Origin: Hyphochytrium catenoides
Taxonomy: Eukaryota > Protista > Hyphochytriomycota
DNA: 64,000 bases
NCBI GenBank assembly: GCA_900088475.1
Contig: FLMG01001670.1
Span: forward strand, 62,001 to 126,000
Direction of reading: 5' to 3'
Each line of letters begins with the position of its first letter. The stretch's first letter is position 1. The position numbers and the translations under genes were made by a program. Positions 36,401-50,691 of the stretch are shown in pieces. The notes below the pieces were generated by a model. That model made no database searches and was not told where the DNA came from. It was given only the letters and a program-made list of their open reading frames with translations.

Positions 36401-39400
36401 AGGGGAAGACATGAAGAAGGACGAGGAGCCGGGGGAGGTTCTGCCTACAAACGCCTCTAAGCGAGAGCAAGAGATGGTGGAAGTCTGTACCACGGCTTCG
36501 CGAAGACAACCTATATGCATACAGTTCGTTACGAGCAAGCAAAAGTGCTGACGGAATATAGTAGCAGCAAAATGATGCTAAGAGAACGGCTGGACAGAGG
36601 CATATAGATCTTTACGCACGTTAAACCAGAGCGTGGTCGAGCCCAGACCTTCGTGAAAACACAGCAATAAAGCTGTATATTGCCACCGCTTACTGTACCT
36701 TTCACATCTTCCTCACAAGGTTGTTGAACTTCAGCGGTTTTACGTATGTGAGAACTATGCAGACGAGCTGCCGGGTTGGATTTGGTTTGGATCAAGTTGA
36801 TATCAGTGACTCTCGTTTCAAGCCCGAGATCTGCCCTTAGTACCAAAGCGTGACAATACTCCTGAAGTGTCATACGTTGTATCAGGAATTACTAGCGCGT
36901 GGTCTGATATTCAACCGTGACACTAAGGACTTAGCTAGCTAGACCTACTAACCTTGTTTGGATCCTCAAGCAGCCACAGCTCTAGACTTTCTAAAGACGC
37001 TCTGATTGTCAAAGGGCTCTCCCGAGGCTCTTTCCGCATTTCCCCTTCGCTGCTCCGCGGGGATATCTGCTTCTCTTGTTTAGGAGTAGTTAGTGTGTTG
37101 CTCCCTTCCAACCCTTCGTTCGCATCGCTGTCTTCGAGAATGGAACACTTTCCGATGGCTTCAAGCAAGATTTGCGAGGGGCCTTCTACATTCGTCGGGC
37201 CACTTTTGTACCTGCCGTCCGAGGGGCCTCCCTCGACTGTTGGTTCTTGGAAATGGGATTTTGTTACCTTTCTTGCATGCTTAAGCTCTTCCAGCGCCGT
37301 TTCCCCGTAAGAGGCTATGGAGGCGTAGGTCTGTATGACAAAATCCGGGATAAGAAGACATCGCCAAGGGCCTAATTTCATCTCCAGAGAGTGTGATCGC
37401 GAGTCTTGGAACTCAAACCCTTGCAAGTGTTCTTCTCTGCGATACACACTTATCGGGGTCTCCTCATAACTGATCATCAGCTGCCGCCAGGGTAGCGAGA
37501 TTAGCAGTAGGAGGTTGGAGTTTAAAGAAGGGAACGATTGGACAAGATAATTGAGATGACCTTATCGAAGGGCTATACTAGGACAATTGTACAGAACCAA
37601 TGACAGGGCAAAAGCTCGTAACACGGTTCTGCCAAAGAAGCTGACGCTTTTCAAAGCAACCAATGGAGAAACTGGCCCTGTCGGCAATGCAGCTCTTACC
37701 TGCGGGTGTTTACGAACCAGATCATAATAGGTACTTGCACTGGTCTTTCGGCTAGTTCGTCTGTCTAAGGGGGACACTCCGGCGATCGACAGAGCTTCCG
37801 TTGATTTCCGCGCTGTGGCTAAAGGAGGGCCCAAAACCTGCGTATACCGGCCCTGGTCACACAGCAAGCGTATTTAGAATGGTGAAGGTGGGCAGAGATC
37901 GCAGTTCTAAGCATCATGGCATAAATTAAGGTACAATTACGAGATGACAAGGACCAGACGAGTGAAGAATGCACATACAGTCCTCTCTTCGTTAAGGTCG
38001 TGCAGAGCAATTCCACCGAGCATGACGCTTAGCCTCCTTAATATTCGCTGCTCTTCGTCCTGGCCAGCGATAGCCCCATTAAACTCCACCCAGGTCACAG
38101 CCAAGAGGGATATGGGTAGTATCGCAAATGAATCTTTTGTAGGGATCTTCATCAGTCCATCTTCGTCGCCGGGTGACTGTTTTATACCCATATTTGGCGG
38201 AGTCTGAGGTTTGCCCTGCTCCTTATTGTGGAAGACCGCTGAAGGGGGAATGCGAAAGGGGTCCTTCACCCTGGAGTCGTCAAAGCGGAGGTCTGAACCT
38301 GTCAATCTCAATTCTCTGGGGGTGGCTAAGCCTGCAGGAAGTCGCGACCTTGAAGTAGCCGAAGCAGGCCTGGGACTCAGCTTCAGCAGCTTGAGTGTAA
38401 CCTCTTCCAGCTGCAGACAGAACCGAAGGCCAGTTCCCTTGCTGTCGTAGCTAACAGGAATTCCGTCGACGGCGCTGACTCCTTTCACAACATGTTGCTG
38501 AGGGCAGACAAACATCAGTCGTAATGATGGGATACGCTTATTTTGCTGCGGGGAGGCAAACTAGCAGAATGGGTTAGCGAAGGCTCTTCATTTTAATCAC
38601 CTGCTGGCTGTCTCCAGTCGCCACTTCAATGACCTCCAACATGTGCAGAAACTGCAAGCTATAGACCCGCATAAGTAGGGAAATGTGCACCTCACTAAGT
38701 GACAGACGAACCTGATGGGATATGGGTGGCAAGTGGAAGTAAAAAATGAGAGTACATTAAAGAAAGCACCCTTTCACTCTGTCCTTTCTTGCAGAGTGTC
38801 CTAATACTTACTGCAGAGATTCTACCAGTAATGCAAAGACAGGGGTCGTCAGCTTGAACGTAAGGTAATGGCAGCCTTTCCGCAATTCTTGACGCTCCAG
38901 GGGGCGGTAAGCGGGCGGTAGGGAGTTGCGAAGCTGTTTTAAAGTGAGATCCCTCGTTTGCTTCCTGACCTATCCCATCTACCATATATAAGGGGTCCCC
39001 TACTCCGGTCGACTTGGAGCTCCCCACGCCCTTGATTTGATCATTGATTGGCTTCATCATCTGCAACCGCATATGGACGTCATCAATCAGCCGACCAAAA
39101 TTTCCTACTGAGCAATTAAGGGCAATGATCTCCAGCAAGAGCTTCTCCGCAGCCCAGTGCTGGCGGGAAGTTTGCTCTATTTTATCCCATCCGAATATTC
39201 CGATCGAGCGCCGCAAAGATATTCTACCGAGGTCAACAACAAGAGACTCGTCTGGATCTGGAAGTGAGCCGTTTGGTAGGACTTCAACGGCGGGTAGCAC
39301 AATCAATGGGTTGTGTATATCCACATTCACTCTAACGAAATCCGACGAGGAAGCCACAGGTGCGGAATAGACTACCCTTTCCTATTGTCATATCCAGGTA

Positions 39401-42400
39401 GGCAAGTACGGAGGTTCAAATAGAGAGGGATAGAAGAGCAAACGTGGTCAGAGACGTGAATCTCTATCTCAGTCTCTATTTCCCGAAATTTTGCAACCTG
39501 ACTCTCGTGGAAGCTCATTCTCAACCAAACCGTACCACTCACGGTAATTGTCTGCTTGCACTATGTTGCCCTTCTATTAAAATCATCCTTACCTGTCTAT
39601 CGTCACTTTCTCCCTGACCCTGGGGCCCGGAGCTTTTTAGATACCACGTGTAACAATCACCTTGTGTAAACCAGAGGTAGAGAGTCAGCAACGGGTCCGA
39701 AGAGGCCAGGCACTTGACCGAACTCAGTTTAAGCGAGACGGTACGATGAGCCGGGAGATACCCAACGTCGTCTATGTCTCTTGGGTCCACGTCTTGCTTT
39801 ATGTTTATTTTGTCCTCCTTTCTGCGGCTGGGTTCATCCTTAGCCTCCTCCGTTTTAACGCAGATGGAGAGCTCCAACAGATTGTCTAGTGACCCCTCCT
39901 TCAAGCCAAATATCTCCTTTCCTTCCCTGGTGGTCCCTCGTCTCCACTCCTCCTCGTTTCCTCCCGAGCTCTTGAGGTACTCATCGAATGGTAATCCTCC
40001 ATGAGACCCACGTTTGGGAAGTACCGAGATCCAACGAACCTGGCCAGTCAATGTCATCATGCTGTTCTAGTAGGTCTAGATAGAGAAATAGTAGAAGCTC
40101 TGTCGGCTGCACATTATCAGATTGGGTGACACGGGCCGCATAAACGCCGCGGTTTAGGCGATAAGATAGTTAGGCTCAGGAAGAAGGGCGAAGCATTGCA
40201 TACCGACAAGTTGCCCAGTCTCCCTCCAATTTCCATGTTGTAACCATCGTTCTTGAGTCTAACTGAGCTTTTAACAACCGAGATGGTGGCAATGCTTTTG
40301 TTATGAGACGAGAGGGTTATGTTCATCCGCTTCAGACCAAAAGTCGCCTGCACAACAGCCTAACGAAGAAATAGTGTCAGACGATCCCCAACAGAGGCCA
40401 GGTGTAACATAAAAGTTGACGCTGAGGAGGTGGAAATCACACCGCAAGCTACAGAAGATAATATCTTGAACTGGAGGAGGGCACAGATAGAGTGCTAGGA
40501 CACATCTTCTTGAGTAGAAGGAGGGCCAAATAAAGAGTGCCAAGAAAGTCTATTCTAGGCTAGAGTGCCATGAACAATCGTTTTTAGGTGAAGGTGGGGA
40601 AGGGCGCAGATAAAGAGTGCTAGGGAGAATATCTGCTATTACGAGGGCATTTGACAAATTTTGGCAGACAGCCGCATCGCAAACTCTCAGGTTATGGACA
40701 AAATGAGGATTCAATACCGTAGCCCACTACTTGAAACAGAGCACGCAGGCGAGTAAGGGAAATAGGTGGTTCGGACTGAGCGAACTGTGCAAATCACCCG
40801 GTGTCTGTCACTTACCCTCACTTTCGTCTCTGTTGGTGCCCCTCTTTTCTGAATTGTATTCCACTGCTCAAGCGAGGAAGCCATAGCTCTCTCTAGGTCT
40901 GCTTGTACTGAGGGTGTTAGCTGGGCTTCGAATGAGGCGGGCAGTGTTTTGACGCGAGGCAAAGGGCCGTCATGACGTTCCGGATCGTCTTCTACTTCCT
41001 CGGAAGTATTGTCGAGAGGCTCAGATGATGATGTCCCCGGCCAGGTGGAAGGAATGAAAAATACTTCAGCGACCGACATAAGAGTATGTTGGTCCAGCCA
41101 GAGATCCACGGGGTTAATCATGAAATTGACCTGTAGCAAACAGTAGGGATCAGCCTCGCCAGTACGCATTTAAAGCCCTGAAAGGAGAGAGAAGTATTGC
41201 AAATTGGAGTATAGTAAGAAGAGCTCGTTGAAGCTTACTAGATCCCCAAATGGTATCAGAAATTGAAGTCTCCACTAATCTCGTACCTTTGCCCCCACTC
41301 CTTGGTATTCGCTCATGACCTCGGGCGCTCTGCTCTCATATACAAAGCGGATAACGTCATCAGACTGCTTGCCCCTCACACCTCTCTGCGGGCTGAGCGC
41401 AAAAGATGCTATGGTAAAAAGCAGTGAGTGATGTTTGCTGAAGACATACCCTTCGGGCTCCATTACTCAGTAATGATCTTCTTTTCAAAATTTCTGCTGG
41501 CCCTCTTCTCTATCATGGGACTTAAACACTTGGTACTTTACCTTGATCTCCCTGCCTCGACTCGACCTCCCGCTCGGGGTTCTCTGACAGCGACATAGAG
41601 GAAGTAAAGGTTCGCAGTTGGGGACTTCGACGAGAACGTGGCGTTCGCTCTGGCTCGTATCCAGTGGTCGTACCTGACAGACAACGGTATGAATGATTGT
41701 AGGAAGGAGGTAGCCCAAATCTAAAGAGGTTTTAAAGTTCTTTCTTTTTCTCGCATTTAGGGCCGCGAAACTGTGGGCCAAAGACAACAACTATGTGATA
41801 CTTCAGCTCTGACTTACTTTCGGACACCCCGGGCTGTAAAATAAATCTTGGTGTGCCATTGACTCCTGCATGAAGGCAATCCTCTACGTCCAGATGATGT
41901 ACGGAGAAGGACACTGTTGGAAGGAAACACAACGAGATGAGAAGCTCATTTGAAACTGGATCTATCAGACGAGACCATTTGCGCATGCCCGGTCTGAAGA
42001 AGCCCCTTTTTACTCGCCTTTGACCCTATACCCGTGAAACCTTACTGAGCCATACTCTTACCCTTTGAAGAAAGCGACCTTTCCACCTCCTTCAACCGAA
42101 GGTTGAAAAGCTGGATTACTAGGATCCTTCTCTCTGCGACGACTAGTTCTTGGTCGAGCACATCTGCCCTGCTTTCACGGCGACTTGTTCTGATATCTGG
42201 GTTACTTTGGCTCATATCTTTCCTGCTGTCTCTCCTGTCAGAGGTGCTGTCCCTTTTTTCTCTTCCTTGACCGAGAGACTTAGAAAGTTCAAGATCTAAA
42301 ATGGCAAAGTTGGCCGACATGACCATCAACCGCCTATCAAGGGACTTTCGTAGGGTTAGTCTGAGGAAAGATTGCCATAAGTAGAAAAAAGGCCATGGCA

Positions 42401-45400
42401 ACACTTGGTGGTGACCGAACTATTTAGATAACTCTGCCACGTGACAAAAAGAGAGGTGCTGGAAGGAGGGAGGGCCTAAGAAAGAGGAACGAACAGACGC
42501 GAGTCATAGGCCCACCTTAAGCCTCTTCTTGTTGAGTGTCTGACTGGGAGTCTGTTGAGGATGTCTTGCCGCTTCATTTAGTCCAAATTTAGGCTTTCCT
42601 GGATACCATCTTGCGTCCCAGCTCTGGTCCGGGTTGAAGGGAGGGGGGGAGGTAACGTCTCCTCCCCTTCTATCTACTTCCTGTAGCTCCAAAGACTGTT
42701 TCTTGTCCTCTTGTCCTTTGATCAGCGTAAGGAGCTTTTTCTTGGCCTCTTCTAGCCTAGCCAGCTCTAATTGATGAGTGGCTATTCCTGCCTCATAAAT
42801 TGCAATCGCCTCTTCCTCAACCGCAATGGCCTCTCCCACGGCTGCAATATCCATATCTTCTGAAACACAGGTTTTAGCGAGAATTATCAAGGCATTTGTG
42901 AGAATGGGCACCCACGTTCTTCTGTTGCTAGCACAGAACTCCGGTCCCCCTTAAGGAATGCAAGACGCTCCAGGCTCGATGTAAGGCCAGCCTGCGGCAT
43001 GAGGAGAGCGAGGACAGGAATAGCATCAACAGGGAAGAAAACATTAGCCAGAGTAGAAAGGCAGTAGAATCATCTATACATCCAAGTATGGCGGAGGGTG
43101 AGAGGGCTTGAGAAAGACCAGAGACGCCGTGTCATATCTCTTCTACAGATAAGCCATTCTGGACTCTGGGTCCTATCCATGACGGCCTTCCCACTTTATC
43201 TTTATGGTCATGTCTCTCTTTGGCCCACCTGGTCAGTTGCCAGCATCTCCTCGCAACTTTGGAGCTCATTCTCCAAACGCTCCAGGGCTTGCACTAACTT
43301 TTGCATTTTCTNNNNNNNNNNNNNNNNNNNNNNNNNNNNNNNNNNNNNNNNNNNNNNNNNNNNNNNNNNNNNNNTTCTCATGTCTTGCGTCTAGTGGCAG
43401 AGGAAGCATCAAAGGAACAAAGCTGTCAGTTGATTCCCAACCGGTTGACGCTCTGAGTAACTAAATGATCCTTCCCAGCCTTCAAAGCTCAGTATAGTGC
43501 CCTATTCAACTAAAGAGAGGTGGACTATGCCCTGATTACTCACCATCCGTAGCGATAGAGTACCAGGTGTCATCGCTGGCCACACTTTCAGTTCTGGTCC
43601 GAAGAGGGCGTCTAGTCTTACCCCGTGGGCTCAGGCTTTGACCCGGATCGGCGTCACGTGCTTCAAACCAATCATCATCACTACTTGAGTCGAGACTCGC
43701 GTCACTGTCATCTGGAGTGCTGTCACCAACTCCTCTCTGCTTCCGGAGAAGACGGATCTGGGCAGCAACCTACCCGTGACAGGTAATGACGGTGGCGGTA
43801 AGATTTGGGCCGATGGAGAGAGAGAGAAACGGGATGAAAGGGGAATAGGACGGTAGATGAGCGTCACTGTTGATGGCCCTGGATCTAATGGAGCCTTGAT
43901 GTTTTAGGACAAGGACGTGAAATCAAACTAGAAAGAACATTTCCAGGCTGTTACTAAGAGCAGTTCTGTGAATAGAGGGGCAACATTGCTAAAGGAGCAG
44001 ATGAGCAAGTCTATATGCCCAAAGGGTGACGTAGTCGAGGTCTTACATCTGTGGGAATATTTCCGGTATTCGTAGCCCTTCTGAAAGCGCTCAGAACGGA
44101 GCTTTCGGCACCTCTGTACACGTCAGACGTAATTGGCGCTCCCACAGTTAGCCAATCAGCGAAAGTGGCCGGCTGAGATTGCTGGGTATAGCCCTAGAAT
44201 AGGTAGTTCATGGTGTTTATATACGCAAAAGCAGTGGTGAGCGAAGCATGGACAATGAAATCATAAGCTCCACAGAACACAATAGGCACATTAAGTAAAG
44301 TTACTGAGACAAACTGCAACAAGATCAGCGATATCTCTCGATCTCTATAGCAGGGTGCCTCTATCATGACCAACCTTCCAGCCACTGGCTGCCAAGCTCG
44401 ATTCGTGGCCTGGCGCGATACTAGAATGGAGCGATGGGTAGTCCCATACCGCTGAGCGCGACAGAGGCTAGTGAAAGGGAAGAGCAAACCAATCTATCGT
44501 TAGTCACAACAAAATGTGAAAGCTTGAACCGGACTACACGGGAACTGGGGCCCAAAGGGGAGTGATAAGATGAGGGTCTCACCAGAAGTAAGGTTCTCTA
44601 CAGGTCTTCAACAAACAAAGATTTGGGAGGGGACTCGAATGGCACTTGATCTGAGAGTGAAGCTGAGCTGGCTTACCTCTTCTGCCACAGGGCTGGGTTT
44701 CAGCCTCTTTAAAGTCTCGCTGAACTTGATAAGCTGGTGGTATTTGGCGTCGGAAAGGTGGAAGCGGAGAGGAGAGAACTCTGCATGCAAGTATAATCTG
44801 GTAAGAGTATGATCTTGCGGTAAAATTGAGCTCTTGAGGTCTACGGAGATGTCAAAGCGGTCGAGAAGTGGCATCTTCTGCCTGGCTATCTCTTGCGGGG
44901 AGCGCCAGCTATTGGGAGCTCCATCTTTACAAAGTAAGACCTAAGGACACCCGGCAAGAGGAGGAGGCATAATTAGCATATGGTAAGTCTGCCGTTCGCT
45001 GAACAGGGCTAATCGTAGTGATGGGAAACAGCAAAACCAATGGTATGTGTGCATGCGCTACGGCATGATAGCCGATTGATACCTCTAGGTGCAGCGCCGT
45101 GGCAACGGTATTACAGATGAAGTTACTGCAGGCTAGATGAGAAGGACTTACCTGCACTTTGGAAATCTTCAAGAAGAACTTGTCATAAAAACTCTTTTCC
45201 AAATTGCTCGTCGATTCACTCGGCTCCTCGAGATCGAAGGACATAGGCCCATCATCGCTTAAGAATGAGTAACTGCGCATTGTCTTACTAGGAGACGGTG
45301 ACCTTGGGCTGGCTCTAGGGGAGCGATTTCCTTCTTCCCGGGCTGATGGAGGACTTGAAGGGGTATAGACTGGCCGTTGTCTTGGCGTCATAAGTGGAGG

Positions 45401-48400
45401 AGAAGCATTGGGAGAAGGGCTCGGTGACTGTGGAGAAGAAAGGGACTGGGCACGCAGCGGGGCCCCATTGAAAGAGGATGCAGGTCGTTCCGCGTCCTCC
45501 AAACTCTTAAACTGGCCCAACCTCTCTGTCGTGAGGTTGACATTTCCAATATCAACTACTATCCTGGAGCACAGGTCATCCCCATCATCCCTGGGAATAA
45601 TGATAACTGGACTCTACCAGAAAGGGCGGTCCACATTAAGAAAGGCAGTTAGTGCAGAGACAATAAATCAAGCACCCCCCAGACCTGGGTCTAGTAGAGG
45701 GTCTTGTACTAAATAATATCTCACCATTATCTCTATATTGAGCGCCATAGCGAATCTGTTAGCCATGAGGTACTCCAGCTTTGCTTGGGTTCGAGCCTTG
45801 AGATTCTCGAACTGATTCATCGCTTCAATCTCCAGATCGTGCCACATGCCTAGCGAGAAAACAAATCGTAGCTCAATGAAAGAGGACTGTTATCCAAATC
45901 GTCCCCAGAGTGACTACGAAGTGCGTTCCAGAACAGAGCTAGGATCAACATGAATCATAAGCAGGCAAAGTGACGGAAACAGTTATCACTCCACTTTAGG
46001 AAATGCGGTCATGCCGGCGGACGCTTATTCTGCTGATAGAAGCAGCAGAACGGCCAAGAAGCAGAGCTACCACGCTTAAAACTCTTGGGCTGATGGGTCG
46101 CCTATGGGCGGATGGGTGGCCTTTGACTGTGTCCTTACCTAGTGAAGCCGGAGCATCGAAAAAGATAGACAACGCCTCCCAACATCTTGAAGTTGGGGAG
46201 TAAAGAATTTCCAGTGGCTGAATAGCTACTTGGAGAGACGCATCAGCCTCTGGAAGATAAGAAGGTTTTGTCTCTAGCTTCAGGACAAAGATCTCTTTGT
46301 GAGCCTTGGAAGGAGAGCCCAGTAGTGCTTCTAAGTTTCGCAGTGATGACGAAGGCGACAGTTTCTCCGCTGCGTTCATTGCAAAAAACAAAGAGATGCT
46401 AAGTATCGGCAGAGTGGACGCATTTGATGGTTAAGAAGAGCACATTGCAAAACCGAGGCTAGGTGACGCCCTGGAGAAGATCACTATCGTCATCGCAGCA
46501 TAAGAAAGAGAACAACGGCTCATTTAATCACTTATCCTTACTCTTCAGTGAGAGCATTCGCGAAAAGAGAAAGTTCCGAATGCACTTATCCAGCACATCG
46601 ATCGACTCCAACGAAGCGGTCACCTATAAGTCAACAAAAGAGTGAGTACACTTCAGCATTCTCGGAGTCTTCACATTTGCTGCGAAGGAAAGAAGCTCTA
46701 GCATATATGACAGTTTTCTCCTGACAGCTGCAACAGCCAGTACACGGAGGCTTGGCGGGTAGGTCTCATACCAGACCCTCAGTTGGGTTCTGACACAATT
46801 AGCCGAAGGCGGAAAGGGAGCTAGGGAGTTGTAGCCTCATACGGCTAGGAGGTCTAGCGGCTTACCTCCGTGGTCCCTCCTGCCCTGGATCGTATGCTTG
46901 TCTTCAGATTGTCCCAGTAGACCTGGAGAAAGGAACCTCTGCCTCCACGATACTCTCTCTCTGCGTCACCAATAGCCAGACGGAGCGAGCCCTTGAGGAA
47001 GTCCAACTTAACCAGTGTCTCCACGTAGTCTGCGGGGTATAGTGGAGCTCCCGAGGATAGCAAATTCTCTCTTGAGTCCAGTGCAAGCACCTTGAGAGGG
47101 GAAACCCTGGTTAGAACTACAATGGAGACGATTCTTCCTCCGCCCAATCTAGGAAAGCCGAAGCTACTACTAGTAAGGCGTTAACGAAAGAGAGCATTCA
47201 ATGCCGACTTTAAAGCCTCTAGACAAGGAGCCAAGATTAATATACCTTGAGCAGTTCTTCCTGCTCCCTCTGAGAGACGTTGTAGCCTTCGCTGCCTCCT
47301 AGCGAGGCTACTGAGCCCATCAGCCACTTTGTCCATCCCACTACACGATGCTCGGCTAAAAAACCTCGCTTCGTCCTTGCCTGTTCCGCGGCTTCGACCT
47401 GCAAGAGACATTACCCATTAGATTGTGCTTCCCTAGAAGCACAGCTGATCTTCGTCTTCACTTTGTTGGGGCAGTATTTGCCCAGATTGACCCTCTCTCC
47501 ATATCGCACTAATGCTCAGGGTCCTTTTGGTTAGTTCACCCGAGTCAGCTTTCAGGTATCTCTCTTCGTTCGCTCAACCAGCTTGTCATTTTTCTTAGCT
47601 TACTTTGAGTTGAGCCTCCGCTAGACTGCGAAAAAGAAGGATATCCTCAACAGTATATTTGTCCTCCAGCTGCTTCAGCCTCTCCCTTTCTGTTGGAGCA
47701 AGCGCCAGATAATAAGGGAGATCTGGCTCAGAAGATTTGGGATTCTCCTCGATTGCATCAGACTGGCTCGTTTGTAGTCCAGCTTGCTGGCTGAGAGGCG
47801 TCTTTCCCACATCGGGTGATGGCGGAATTCTCTCAACACCAACAATGTGCCTCTTCCACAGATTTATATATTCCTTTCGGGCTGCCCGCCTCTCTCTAAG
47901 ATACCTCCATGACCATTTCTCATTCTTCTCCTTAATTGGCATGAGCGTGGCAGTGATAGAGTACTTCCACCACGCCCTGGGGCTGGTAAGCACCGATACT
48001 CTAGGACGCAGACGGTAGAACTTCTGTGTAATCTCGGAGCTTGTCCACGAGGCCACCAGGTAAAGAAGATCCCGATACTATGTGGGGCAGGGGTTAGTAC
48101 TAGCACAGAAGTAGCGTCTACCAAGTTAGAGCTCCAGAAGGCATATAGTCCAGGAGGTTTACTCCCACATGCACCGTAGTCGCGTGATGTCCAATAGGGA
48201 AGACGATCTCCACCAGCGGCTAACACGACAGACCAAGACAGGCTTCTCAACTTGTCATTACCTGCGTCTCCTCGAGGGCCATTGCCACGTCTTCCCACTC
48301 CACCTTAATAAGTCGCTGGGGACTCTTGGTGTCGGTCAGGTCATGGTTAAGCTTGAGCTTCACGTTGGCATTTACTGGCCGGAGGATGAAATGGTGCTTG

Positions 48401-49813
48401 GGAAGGTGGATTTTCTCCGTTCCCCGACGAGTAATGCCACTAGGGATATCAAAGTAGCAGTTGCAGAAAGGACGAGAATCTCAAGCTCTATATGTGCGGG
48501 TGCAAATGATTGAGAAGATCTCACTCTCATACAGCAGAGATTGGGCAACTGTCAGCCACATTGAGGAACTGAAAGCATGCAGAAGTCCGGTGTACCCAGG
48601 CTCGAGCATTGGTAGAAGGGAATGTGTACGTCTGACCAGAATGTGACCCTAAAGATGTCTCAGTCAATACCTTTGAAAAGCCGCCTCCAGCTCGTCCAAG
48701 GACATTTTGAGATAAGAGCCAGAATCATGCCCTCTTCCACGCTGCCGGTATTGGCAATCATAGTTTAGATAGATCGCCATCTGATACAAATTCAAGACCT
48801 TATAGATAAACTTGGCCGTGCCCTTAGCTTTGCTCAAGTCTATGTAAGCGGGCCGCCACTGTTCGTCCGTGGACTGGGAGAGGAAAATGTGATGAATCCG
48901 CGTTATCTTTCCGCTTGGTGTTCCCATTCCTTAACCCCAGCCCTTCTCTCGATTTCACAAGCAGGCGGCAGAGATGCGGCGTCTCTCTTTAACCATCCGC
49001 TGTCATCCGATATCGTAACATAGAGACTATATGCCCTGCCCACACCCATCTACCGGCCCCTCTATCATCGTCACACCCTTATCGCCCGCTAGACACAACC
49101 TGCCTCTCCTTCACCTCTATGATTGGTCAGTTTCTAACTCACCTGCATATGGAGAGATTCTATGGTCAGGCCTAAGGAGAACGGCGACTTAGGGCTCGAG
49201 ACACGGTCTTCGTAGCGGATGTGGACGTTCCGGATCGTGAGCTGAAGGAGAAGGTCAACGTAAATAGCATTGATGGTGACGTGGAAATCCTCCTACTTTT
49301 CCTACCTGGAGGTTGTCAACAATTTTGTTGATGAGACGGGATGTGAAGCCACCATCGTCCCCTCCTATTCTAGACTTGGATGCGGCCAGTTCAGCTGCTT
49401 CTAGGACTTTCCTCTTGGCAATCAAGGTTATCTTTTCTGAAGCCGCCACTTTCTCATCATAGTCCTGAATGGACTCGGCCAATATGTAGAGACCATCTAC
49501 GGTTATCTTGACAGGTTCACTAGCCAGGCGATTCCATGGGATGGATATGGTAAGTAGCTTCACGAATCCACGGTGCAGGGAGATCGGTAGCTGGAGCTGT
49601 TCAAGGACATCTCTCTTTAGCTCCGCTTTCTCCAGAGAAATATATCCTAAGGTGCGTTTTGATTGGCAAGGTGAGATTATATTGAAAGACAACCATGTGA
49701 AAATACTGACCGTGCCAGACTCCGACTTGGATTTTCTCCGAGCTGAAGCAGGCCGGATGGATGTAATTTCCTAGAAGGCTAGTGAGAAATTGCGCAACCC
49801 AGCCTTCAAACAT
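24488..49813 (-). CDS. VPS13: VPS13-family bridge-like lipid transfer protein (Chorein-N, RBG repeats, VAB/SHR-BD, ATG2_C-like, terminal PH-like), dozens of exons
   Basis: [24 protein letters not shown]|[36 protein letters not shown]|[12 protein letters not shown]; PRAWWKYSI; [10 protein letters not shown]; [15 protein letters not shown]; LQIDNQL; [22 protein letters not shown]; RVRPPRHI. 3' terminal exon (..[13 protein letters not shown]) inferred. Confidence 0.93.
40476..40637. repeat. Degenerate ~40-bp minisatellite inside a VPS13 intron
   Basis: Four copies of the core AGAGTGC(T/C)A, three of them preceded by a GAGGGC/AAGGGC..A(G/A)AT block, at roughly 35-50 bp spacing. Confidence 0.6.
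43312..43374. other. Assembly gap (63 N) within a VPS13 exon
   Basis: Run of N bases. Confidence 0.99.
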
Positions 49814-50691
49814 CCTTCCAGGTTTGAGAGTGATTGCCCTGGACCCCACTCTCTTGGTCTAGTTCGTCAACACTGCTGAGAGGAGTCGAATTGCATAGCC
49901 ATCATAGACTTTTCAAGACAAGGGGGAGGGGTTCTCCGCGATAGAGGCACCAGATCTCCATGCACATTGTCGAGTGTGCTTCAAAAGTTGCATAAGCCAG
50001 AAAATAAAGGCTGCGGCATCTGACCGACGGCAGGAATTGTGAAGCTTTGTTGAAGGCTGCGGCGACCAAGGAGACCTCAGGAGACCGATGAAGGACGGCG
50101 TTCGCATAGTTGAGAAGCCTGAGCTTCCGCGCTGGTTTGCCCTTTTGTCTGTTCCGATGACGTACCGCTAACGGCTACCACTGATAACTACCCTATAGTC
50201 TGTTGTACTGATTCTGATTCTGTTGTCCGCCGCCAGCACAAGACACGAAGATAAAGAATGAGGGAAGTGGAACAGCAATAATAACTTCCAAGTTAAAAAA
50301 CGCAGGAAGAAAGGAGGTAGGCAATGCTGGCGGCCCACTGGTGACATCAACTGCTAGCAGGCAGACCTGAATGGGCAAGTTCAGCCATTGCTTGAGATTG
50401 TATCGCTCTTGCCACCTCTCAGGCGGCAGCTGTTGAAGCATCGTAGTGGCCAGACATTCAAGGAGATGGAGCCAATGATTGAGGAAGCTGAAGGACTCCA
50501 AACTGGAAGCTGAATCTGCTCGGCCAAGTTGTTATTCTAAGCGATGGGAGGGCCCGACGATTCACGATCGTCTCTCATCTCTGGAAAGCAATTTCGCACC
50601 GAAAGAGAAGCTGCCACACAGCTGGCTGGATAGATGGAATGCTTCTTCTCCAAACTGATGCTGGTGCGGCGCAGCTAAGGTTTGTGGCAAG

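Noticed and set aside
24936-49774. Numerous plus-strand ORFs within VPS13 (and similar shadow ORFs opposite other genes)
   Set aside because: Antisense shadows of real exons, with no recognisable motifs.
49850-50690. Small gene between VPS13 and the RING-ARM gene
   Set aside because: Some splice-like sites and open stretches, but no phase-consistent model with a start codon or recognisable domain.
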